This document shows, piece by piece, positions 53,851-64,000 of a stretch of DNA of 64,000 nucleotides. Both the position numbers and the translations under genes were made by a program. Numbering within the stretch: the first letter of the stretch is position 1; the number at the start of each line of letters is the position of its first letter. The notes beneath the pieces were generated by a model. That model worked only from the letters and a program-made list of their open reading frames with translations, searched no databases and had not been told where the DNA came from. The stretch lies in the NCBI RefSeq assembly GCF_009914755.1, contig NC_060928.1; one strand, 5' to 3'. This DNA comes from the human T2T-CHM13v2.0 reference genome, Homo sapiens.

Positions 53851-54171
53851 GGCCAGGCACAGTGGCTTCTGCCTGTAATCCTAGCACTTTGAGAGGCTGA
53901 GGCAGGTGAATCACTTGAGGTCAGGAGTTTGAGACCAGCCTGGCCAACATGGCGAAACCCCGTCTCTACTAAAAATACAAAAAATAGCCGGATGTGGTGG
54001 TGTGTGCCTGTAATCCCAACAGTAGCTGGGCAGGAGGGAGGCTGAGGCAGGATAATTGCTTGAACTTGGGAGACGGAGGTTGCAGTGAGCTGAGATCAAG
54101 CCACTGCACTCGAGCCTGGGCGACAGAGCAAGACTCCATCTCAAATAAATAAAAAATAAATAAATTAAAAT
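53851..54171 (+). mobile_element. AluSx-like
   Basis: Full dimer; degenerate TSD aaaattctcgttta / aaaattcgagttta. Confidence 0.93.
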
Positions 54172-55439
54172 AAAATTCGAGTTTAGTTCCAGATTAATAA
54201 TCAGGAAACTAGATTTGCTTCTGCTTTAGATAGATTCAAGAGAGCTTAGAAAAGAGCCTTGGTTCAAAATTGGGTTAAAAAATGCATTTAGTTCTAGGGC
54301 CAGGAAATGAGAATGGTTTCTTTTAGTTTTAGATTCATGATATTGTTTGGGTTTTGCTTGGATTAAAAGGACAAAGACAAGATGGATATGCAGACTGTAG
54401 TAACTAGGTGACATGTCACCTGAGGGGCTATGCAACGGTAGGAGTAAAATTTATTTTCTAAGTGATCGGCTGTGGCACTGTGTAATATAAATGTTCCACA
54501 AGATTACAGTCCTGTATCCAAAGCGCAGGGAGGACAGAGAAGATGCTAACACATGTGACATGACGCCACAAACAACCATTCCCCTTTGGGCCAAAGAAGA
54601 CAGTTGATCTTTGTTGTCGCACAGAGGGGAAACTGATTTCAAGAGATCTGTGGAACATGTGTTCTGCTCATGTCTCTAAGGACTACCAAGAAGAGTGGTG
54701 TCTTGCTTAGGAAAACACTGAGACCTGGGTGTTAGGGTCAAATTGACCTCTTAAAAAGACTACTACCTTCTTCTGTGTGACCTTAAAACTGTCTCTTAAG
54801 AGCACTTGAAACTCCCTCAACTCCAGAGACATCCATCATAGCTTGGTATGATTAAGGAGGCTTTTTCCCCCTTTCACAGCAAAATGACTGTTTTGAAGCT
54901 CTCCTGAATAGCTGAAGGGGAACGTTGTCACTTTGGTTATTCTTTCTACAGACTGAGCACTTCCAGGGATATTCTGCAAATGTGGGGGTAGGAGGAAAGC
55001 ACAGCTTTTTGCAATTGGGTTTTTCCATGTCCCTGAGACACAGAGGACGTCTTTACTCACTGAGCGTGTGAGTCCGCCCAAGCTTCGTCGCTTGCCCTGC
55101 TAGCATGTGTCAACCATGCACGGTGAGATTATAGGGACTGGAGAAACAAAGGAAGGCTCTCCCAGGAGGGGAGGGAGTGGAAGTTAGTAAAGATGCATGT
55201 CTTATACAGCAGCAGATAATGGGACTGTCTCTGCATGCTATGTCATTACAGCTTTGCACTGAGACAGCTCAGTCCACTTCTACACACCTGCCTCTTCTCA
55301 GGCAGAGGGAGGGAGAGGACAAGCATGCAGAGCTGCACTTGCTCAGCCTCAGGTCTGTGCTCCTTCCCTCTCAACAAAGCCCCATTTGCCAAGTCAGGCA
55401 CTGACTTTCTTCCTGGCACTGAGTGAAGGGCTCCACAGT

Positions 55440-55620
55440 CACCCTGCCATTCAATCCCTTACAGTGGGCTCTGCTATTATCTTCACTCTATGGGTGGGGA
55501 AACTGAGGCTTAGAGGTGTTAATAACCTTCTCCGGGTCACAGAGATAACACATGTGAAGCCTGAATTCAAGTCCAGGTCAAATTTTTGGTTAGGGAACCT
55601 TAGATTGTATCCACTAGAAT
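55440..55620 (-). mobile_element. MIR SINE
   Basis: ggggaaactgaggcttagag..gttaataacctt.tccgggtcacag...gaattcaagtccagg. Confidence 0.8.
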
Positions 55621-56084
55621 TATAGGATTAAATTTCCCTGTACCTGAAATTACAATGAAGTGAGGTTGTTATTCTGATGACTAAGGTGCCCTTCAATTAA
55701 AAAAAAATTGGCTTGCTGTTTGTGATTTATCCCTCCAGATTAGGGGCTTGAGGATTAGGTAAACTAATTTTTTCAAGGCTGACTGTTTCCTCCTCATCTC
55801 TTTGTCCTACTTCCTCCATAGCACTTTCTTGGCAGCATTTAGGTCTCTCTGTTCCTTTCGCTTCCCCTGACAGCCTATAGCTTCACTGGGCACTGAAAAT
55901 ACACTTGCTTGCACTGCTGCTTCAGGGCTCTTGCAGGAGATGCTATGTGGTATGGAGAAAGACAGATTAGAACTGGGTAAGGAGAAGCCAGTGTGCCTAG
56001 GTGGAGGTGGGGCTGCAGTGTTACACACGATGGTCAGGGTAGGCCTCCTGGGGACCATGATATTTGAAGAAAGATAGGAAGAGC

Positions 56085-56116
<32 letters not shown>
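56085..56116. repeat. (TG)n microsatellite between L2 fragments
   Basis: Read directly. Confidence 0.95.
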
Positions 56117-56364
56117 ATGTGATGTGTCTTAACACCAAACTAGATCGTGAACTCCTCGACAGAGGTCCTGTTTTATATTACCTGGCATTCTGTATGCTGT
56201 GTTCATAGTAGGCACCCAGATGTATTTATTAAACTTAGTGTATATGAAATTTAGTAAATTGCTACCAGGAACGAATTAGGTATGAGTGAATAGTGGGATG
56301 ATTTATTTTCTTTTAAGAGCCTCTCTTTCTTTTAACAAATAACATTCTTGTTCTTCTTTCCTCT

Positions 56365-56504
56365 GGCCATAATGGCAATATATGCTTACTGTACAAAACT
56401 GTAGAAACCCTGCAAACATAAAGAAGAAAATAAAAATCACTCACAATTCCAGCTCTCAGTATAATCACTGCCATGCATTATGGTGTATTTTCTTTCTTTA
56501 TACA

Positions 56505-56542
<38 letters not shown>

Positions 56543-56575
56543 AGTTAAAACATAGGATCATATTCAGTAATATTT
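56365..56575 (-). mobile_element. Old L1ME-like 3' fragment containing (CA)n at 56508-56538
   Basis: aatatatgcttactgta.aaaa...aaagaagaaaataaaaatcactcacaattcc...ataatcactg; similar fragments near 470-600 and 4840-4900. Confidence 0.55.
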
Positions 56576-57504
56576 AAAATGTTGAATGACCTGTATATCA
56601 GAGACACTGATCCACTGTAACCCTTCAGTGGTTGGATGGTGGGGATGGTCGAGGGACTCTAGAGGATGGGCCAGTGCAGCAGGAGGACACTATTTACTAG
56701 TACTAGGCCAGGTTGGCCATACCAGCACATCTGGAGTGACCACCAGCCCTGAGTGTACTGTATGTAGTTTTGTACCTTACTTCTTTTCATCTAACAAAGC
56801 ACAATCACAGTGTGATTACAAGTCTCTTAACTAAGTTTATAATTTTAAAAATGTCTTTATTGTAAATGTTAACTTTCATCATGGCACTATAAGTATCAAC
56901 TAAAAAATATCTAAATGCTTTTAAAGTCTTTTATCTTGGGCAAAGCAATACAACAGATCCTACCTTTCCACTGTTCCCCAGATCCTAGCTGGCTCAAGAG
57001 TCTTCTTGCCTCTGCTGCAGCAATTACTTGGCTTGGTGTGTAGATGTCTGAATGCCATGAAGTTTAGAGAGGAAAAGATGACAAGAGCAAAGTAAACAAA
57101 CAAGAAAGGCCGTGGATCTTGGTTGATGCCAACAGATGCCGTGTCGTGAAGATGCTCTGAAGGAAAGACGTTGACGGGGTCTCCTCACTCTCCTGGGCCC
57201 TTCTGACTAGTGACTGTCTTCTCACTGCTGCTGCTACCAGTGCCCAGTTTGTTGCCTGAAGCCAAAAGCTGAAAGCTCACATAATCTTTTGAAGAGTACT
57301 ACATAAGTAAATTGAGTTCTCATAATGAAGAATAGCTGAGTAAACACTGCCACACCATGTGGCTACATGCATTTCCTAAGATTAAAAACATTTGCAGTCA
57401 CAGAAACAGACATGGGATAGGAAACACAGGTCTATTTTATTTTGTGGGTTTTGAAATTAAGCCAATTGTTTACAGTAAAGGCGCTGAAGTTCTGCAGATT
57501 AAAA

Positions 57505-57645
57505 GAATGAATTAAATGTATTTATTCAACAAATATTTATTGATCATCCACTACATGCCAGACACTGAGCCAGGTGCCAAAGACAAGCATGGGTCATAGA
57601 GGTTTCATGGTGCTTCCGGGGAAATTTATTAAATGGAGACAGAGC
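57505..57645 (-). mobile_element. L2 3' end
   Basis: atttattcaacaaatatttattga.catccactacatgccagacactg. Confidence 0.8.
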
Positions 57646-59119
57646 AGTGATTATGCTTTTCTTTATTTCATAAATGTGAATAAGAGTATATAGTTGTTTC
57701 TCAGCGAAATGTTAATTTTCTTTATTTTAGGGCTTCAGCTGCTTCTGTATAAGAGAAACTTTATTTTCAGCCCCAGAAGTTCATTCCAGTGTGTTTTCAT
57801 GAATTTACAGCTATGTCACAGATATTGCAACATATTGTTGTGCTTCAAATCCTCCAAGAGGGGCCACTTTTGATGTGCTGAGACATTTAAAGTTGGAGGG
57901 CTGTTTAGGAAATTGATGCAAAGACATGTGCATTATCATATGTGGAGAGAGAAAAAAATGGCATCTTGAGAGAGGTGCACATATGCCAGGTTAGCCGTGT
58001 CCCACCCCATGGGATGAAGAGCTTGAGGAACCAAGGGAAATGCTTATCTGGAGCCCACATCTGCTTTCAGACCATATTCTGAGGACCCAGAACTTCAGAT
58101 TCCCTGGCCCAGAGTCTCTGAGTCCATGATCAGAGCCTGTGAGGGCTTCTCTTGTAGGTCTGCCATTTTGAATGTTGACTGCTATCACTATGTGCTGGTG
58201 TGCACCCAAGCATAGAAGACCCCATCCAAGTAGGATGCAGATGGGAAAAGGGAAGGTGGCTGGACCACCACTGATGTTAGGTATGGGCCTGCATGTAGCT
58301 ATGGAAATTTTCTCATTGGTTAAAAAAAATGATAAAGCAAGGTGGTGTGTGTGTGCGTAAGTGTGTGTGTGTGTGCATGCGTTTAATCTTTTCAACATTT
58401 CCCATTACTTCCTAGAGTTACTCTCTGAGAATTTAGATGAAAGGGAGGTGACCTTTCATTAAATAGAGGATTCTGTTTATTAATGTATCCTCTATAGTTA
58501 AAGAATTCTTTTAGAGGAAAACTAAAGTTGAGCATTTTATTTTGTGCATCATCATGTTCTTTGAAGCAATGGATTACATCTTAATCCTGCACACATTCTT
58601 AAGATGAGGACTCCATCTGGGAGGACTAATCTTCCACAGAAACGTCTGGGTTACACATGTCCATCCAGTCCTTTGCCAAGTGCTTAATGGAGCACGCAAT
58701 TGTTGGTGAGATATACTGAGGTCCTCTGGGGAAACCTAAAAGAGAATCAAGGGACTCAGAGCAGCCTGGCGTGCACATCGTTTGGGTCCAGCTTCCATCG
58801 CTCAAGCCATTTGTTTTAAATAATTACAATTAGACACTCTTCTTTTTATGCTGTTTCTATTTTTAATTCCATTAAGTTTGAAATAATGGAGGTTATTTTA
58901 CTCTGTCAGTTTTACAGTTTTCCTTTGGGTTCATTTCTGTCATTGAAGTTAAAACTAGATAAGAGTTCCAGAACCCTTAAATCAAGAATCTAATGATTCG
59001 GTCTTCACACTGCTCTGGAAAATGCAGGAAATGCACTTCTAGTAAATACTTCTTTCTAAGCCTTATGGAGTCCTGCAGCCATAATTCATGACAAACTATC
59101 TCTTGCATTGAGACTGGTT

Positions 59120-59290
59120 GCAGAATCATGAACTGTCAGAGCTGGCAGGGATCTGAGAGTTCATATGGTGTCATTGCCTTACTTCACAGGTGAGGCATGA
59201 GGATTCAGAGAGGAGAAATGCTTGTCCAAGGTCACAGAGCAAATATAAGGTGAGCTAGGACCCAGGACTCCATGATGTACTTTTCCATCT
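59120..59290 (-). mobile_element. MIR-family SINE
   Basis: cagagctggcaggga.ctgagag...ttcacaggtgagg...cagagagg...cttgtccaaggtcacagagc. Confidence 0.8.
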
Positions 59291-59474
59291 TCAGTTCATG
59301 CGACTGCAATGAATGATCAGGTGGTTCAAATTGTTTCATTGTTGTTTCTTGGTTTAGGCCTGAGAAACCCAAACAAAACTTCAAAAACTTGCCCATCCCC
59401 TAAATTTTTGTGCTTTTAACAAACCATTTTGAGTAAATTAGGAGTTCTTGGCTTATTTCAGCCTTATCCCTACA

Positions 59475-60104
59475 CTGTCAATTCTTGTTATTTGTAGTAG
59501 TTATGTTCTGTAAGTTTCCATAAATATCATTGCTCCTAGAGGAAACATTTAGGTTCCTGTGAACCTCTGGTCACAACATTTTCATCAAGCAATCAATACA
59601 TAACCTTGCTTATATGTGTCTCTGCTTAAAGACACCTTATTTAATATATGTTGTTGATTTGTTAACATTTAACTCATGGCCAACATCACTGTAACTCATG
59701 CCAAAATGAGGCTTATCTAGCACGTGTATTTTCTCTGTAAAGCACATCACAGCACAGCCTTCTTGTGCTTAGGAACACCAGACAGTGCTTCAGCACTGTG
59801 CCTAGGGGCCGTTTTACACAGAGAAGTCACCAACAACAAGCACAGACACATGAAAAGCTTGGCATTGCATAGACTGTGAAGAGGAGATGTATTTATAGCA
59901 TGAGAGCTGAAAGAAGAAGGCAGAGCGTTGGCTTGTTCCACCTCAGCTGGGAACGTGCACGTCAGGGACTCAGTTTTTTGGCCACTCCACGCGTACCTAT
60001 GAGTGACCACAAAAGTGCTGTGAGTATTGATTTTGGGTGTTAAAAATACATTTTTAGTTGGTGAATTTGCATATACAGAGTTTGTGAATAATGAGGATCG
60101 ACTG
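59475..60104. mobile_element. MER82-like TcMar-Tigger non-autonomous element
   Basis: TIRs ctgtcaattcttgttatttg / tgaataatgaggatcgactg followed by ta; internal ttaggttcctgtgaacctctggtcacaacattttc. Confidence 0.8.
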
Positions 60105-60469
60105 TACACACAAGCTTGCACATATCACCACACATTATAATTTCATCCATTAATTTTTAGGTTTCACTTCTGATTCCATGTGGAGCACTTTCAATCCTAC
60201 ATTGGTGGTGCAGTTATGCTGGGAGCCTTTACACAGGCTTCCTAAAAGTCATTCTTCTAAGTGCACCTAGTTTCTAATAGTTGTGTTGCTGAAAGACCCC
60301 TTACAGTAGAGCCAGGCTCCATCTCCCTAATCCCAGAACTTCACAGAGTGGGAACCCTCTCTTGGAACCACTATCCACACTCTTCTCCCTCCGATTATGC
60401 CAGCTTGTTATGGGTGAAGAGGTGGGTCTCTATACAAACTTGTCCCAAGGAGACTGCTTCATAACTGCT

Positions 60470-61380
60470 TTTGCCCCCAGAGTTCTGTTCTCAGCCCTCT
60501 TCTTACTTGAGCCTCACTTAGGAGTGCTTGTTAGTCCCATGCCTGACCTAGCCAGGCCCATGACTCCCAAATCCTTACCTCTGGTAAGACCTTTCTTCTG
60601 CTCTCCGTATCTCCCTCTCCAGTTTCCTCCTTGACATTTCTACCAGAAAGACCCACTGGGACCTCAATATGTCCCAAAGAGTTCTCATTGCCTCCAGCCC
60701 CACTCCAAAGCCTGCTCCTTCTTCTCTTCTTCTGGAGGCCTTGGCACCTTGGGCCATTGCCAACCACTTACACAAGCTTGAATTTTGAGTGTCATTCTTA
60801 ATTGCTCCTTCTCCTTTATTCCCAGATTCTGCTATCTTGTGAAGTCCCACAGATAGTGCTCTTGCTCCCATCTGCCCATGCCTCTCAAGTGTCAATTACA
60901 TGGCTCTATTCCAGTTCTTATTGAGTGTGGCTGTCAGTCTTGCATGCCTCTGAGCCACTCTCCACAGTGCTCCCAGAAGGATCTCTTGGGAACACAAATG
61001 TGACCATTTAACTCTCCTTCTTTAGATCTTTCAGTAACTTCCCATTGACTACTGGATACAATTTCAATTTAATAAAGGCCTTTTCTAATATGACTCCTGC
61101 TTCCTCTCCTGTTGCATCTTCTATCACCACCCGTACACCAGCTACATTCTTTGAAATTCTTAAAACACCTCATGCCCTTCCTGCCTGCTTGCCTTTCTGT
61201 GTGCTCTGCTCTGCCTGCAATCTTGTTCCTGCACCCATTCCTCTTGTGAGCTCCTGCTCACTATTCAACACGTGGCTCAAGGTTTGCCTCTTCTATGAAG
61301 CCTTCCTTGACACCTACACACAATGTAGTCAGTTCTCCCACGTTTGAGCTTCTAGAGACCTTTGAGCAAACATAAATTAT
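60470..61380 (+). mobile_element. Degraded L2 body
   Basis: Pyrimidine-rich; cacctcaatatgtcccaaa...tgaccat..actctcct...aaggcc...ttctatgaagccttcctt. Confidence 0.65.
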
Positions 61381-64000
61381 ATCACTCTATTTTGGAATTT
61401 TAAAATAATGGATCTAGTTTTGGACATGTGTTTTAGATGCTTTGAGGCACATCCATGAAGAAATACTCAGTAGGCAGTCCCACAGAGTCAGGGTACATAA
61501 CTTCTAGGACATAAAGAAAATCCAATAAATCTTAAGACTTTATGGCACCCTAGTAGCCATTATTTCAAATTTGCAGGAGACATCCCTCTTTTTTCCTCTT
61601 CCTGCTTATTAGTTATTTTCATTCATGTGGCTACACTCATATCTGAGCCACATTGAATGAATTTGACTAATAAATTTCATGAGTTACATTGTCAGATACC
61701 CTTTCCCTAGTTCAGAGTTACAATTACTTCTGAGAGAGTATTGCCAATTTCATGTCTCCTTTTGCCTATTATGCATTTAAATTTCCCTGTTTTTCTCCAT
61801 GAAGATTCCAGACACAGCTATGAGAAAGCTGTTCTTGGTCTCATTAACTCCCTTGAGAGGACAACCATGCTTAGTGAGCACCAGGGGACTATTGCTGGAG
61901 TCTGGGCCCAGGGGTCCCAACCAAAGAGTAGAATAGGCATTTCTGAGCTAATTATTCAAGCCCAAAACATTGTACCCCTAGCAATGATCTTCCATTGGAA
62001 GACTGAAACTGTGCAGGTTGTATTTTGTCTGACTTTATCTCCATTTCCTGGTGCAAATTGCCCTTCCTCTTGCTCTTTTGTTTTTGATTTCCTTCCTTCT
62101 CTGAGCCTCAAATTGTACTACAAAGCTTGTCACATAGTAGAGGCTCAAAAAAAGGTCTATTGAGCTAAATTAGAATGAATTTTTAAGCTATGCGAAGGCT
62201 AGCTCCTCACAATGGCAAATTCTTACTTTGTGTTCTCTACCCTGTAAGACTTCCTTCTCATGTAAATATGCCTACAGAAAAATTCCTTGGAAATGGTATT
62301 TATCCTTTACTTTTGTGTTTGAGCTTGTGATTGAAGGGGGTTGAAGAGAAGCTGTAGCTTCCTTGGCCACTTGCTGTGGTCTCTGACATTGTAGGTATCC
62401 CATGTTTATCGGAGAGTTCACTCTTCTGACCAAACTTGATTTATAACAGGAAGCTCCTTCCCCAGAGCCAAACAGCACTTGCTCCAAATATGTCTAGAGG
62501 GAAATTCAGATTCAAATCAATCATTCTCCCAAAGTCTTTTCTTACCAAAATATTCTATATGTTGGAACAGTGATTTAGTCCATGTTGATGTGACCCTTGA
62601 CACTTCTATATGGTTGATCTTCTTTCTCCAGGATGTCACATTGTGCTTAGACATTCTCAGTTTTCTGAAAAATTATGAGGTTCATGACCCCCCTGAGAAG
62701 CCCACCTTGGAAATGAAGATGTCTATTGTGAGAGGAAATGGTCTCATATCTCAGGTAATGCAAAAAATTATATTCATTTGTAGTCAGGGCATGGAAACAT
62801 TTCTGTAAATCATTCAAACTTTTCATCTTACACTTTTAATCCTGATTTATACTTTTATTACTAAAATATCCCTTAGTCCATCTAAATATTGACTATGTTC
62901 TGTGAGAGAGAAGTAACAGTTATAACCATGAGGAATAAAATAATTCTTTTTGGGTCTCTCTTTTCATACTGTCTATTTTGTCAGTACCTGTCTTTCTAAA
63001 ATTCTGTTTAATCTGCTGAATGGTTCCCTTGTCTTTCAACCTACTATTATTCTCTGATGTCGTTTTCTCCATCTTTTGGGCAATATTTGAAAAATTCCTA
63101 TAATCATTCATTCTCTGATTCCTTTAGTTAGTTCTATTCAGTCAGCAAAATTTCAAAGTGCAGTGAAATTAAAAATTACAAGCACTGCCAAATTCCAAAC
63201 CTACTGACCTCGCCAAATGGACTTGAGAAAATGTTCTCCAATATAAACTTTAATTTTTTCCTATTGGTTAAAAATTCTTTCCAAAGGATGTCAGAAAGTA
63301 ATAAAGAGGGAAACATTTTTAGGTCTAACTAATTAATATTTTAGACAAGTTAAGGTTCTTATGATGGAGACCCCACTGTTTATTTAAACAAAGAAGCAGA
63401 AAAATAAATGTCACAGGACCTATATATGAGGCATTTATAATTAATAATAAGTCTATTCCTTCAGAACCATCCTTATGTAGTTTTTCTAGCCAAAATGAGA
63501 AAATGTTCTCAGCTTGTGAGTTTATAGGTTAAGTTGAAGTGAAAGGATTTTACCTTCTTTGTCGTACTGATTGATCCTAAATGCTAGTCTTAGGCTGAAC
63601 ACTCAACAGGACAATTCTGACCACTCAAAGAGGGTAGTTGGGGTTCACTAGAGTTCTTCCCATGCCAGTGTTCAAATCATGTGTTTGCTTTTAAGTTCTG
63701 TTACATTTTCATCAGGCATGTGTTGGCTTCTTTCTGCTAAGATCAATCACCTTATTCCTCTGTGTATTTCTAAAGCAAATTAAATGCATTTTTTTCCCCA
63801 AACCAATGCTGGCATCACTGTTTAAGGAATTGGAATAAAGAGCTGTGGATTCCAGGTTGCCAATAACTTTCTTCATGAAGTCTAGCTGATTACATGGAAA
63901 GCCAGGAGCAAGGTTTATTGGGAGAAAGAAAGAATAAAGAGTTTAAAATTTGGTTAGGAAGAAAAGAGAAATATATGAAAATATAGTTAGTTAACATGGC

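Noticed and set aside
57105-57260. CpG-containing patch as a possible coding exon
   Set aside because: No recognisable peptide and no clear donor site

Overview
This is primate (human/great-ape-like) non-coding genomic DNA, intronic or intergenic, and more than half of it is transposon-derived. I find no host protein-coding gene, RNA gene or CRISPR-like array, and the ORFs I can recognise are decayed transposon proteins (L1 ORF1/ORF2/ORF0, Tigger1 transposase, ERV-L pol/dUTPase). Main structures: (1) a full-length, TSD-bounded L1PB (7.5-19.9 kb, minus strand) holding a nested 3'-truncated L1PA7/8 and two Alus; (2) a complete THE1C MaLR provirus (21.0-23.5 kb); (3) a full-length Tigger1 (27.2-29.6 kb); (4) an old ERV-L pol-dUTPase-LTR remnant split by a complete THE1D-type provirus (33.7-38.6 kb); (5) many Alu, L2, MIR and MER elements plus a MamSINE1. 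I see no support for a new gene system. The most unusual signals are rearrangement scars. Three inverted-copy events lie within 22.9-25.3 kb: a ~130-bp inverted copy of nearby flank captured inside THE1-int, a hairpin with 53-bp arms inside an old LTR, and a perfect 15-bp inverted repeat. There is also a deletion-fused L1/L1 junction, an open 102-codon ORF0-like frame, an unexplained ~80-bp dispersed duplicate and two candidate exons. Subfamily names come from recalled consensus features, not a database search, and the boundaries of old elements are approximate.
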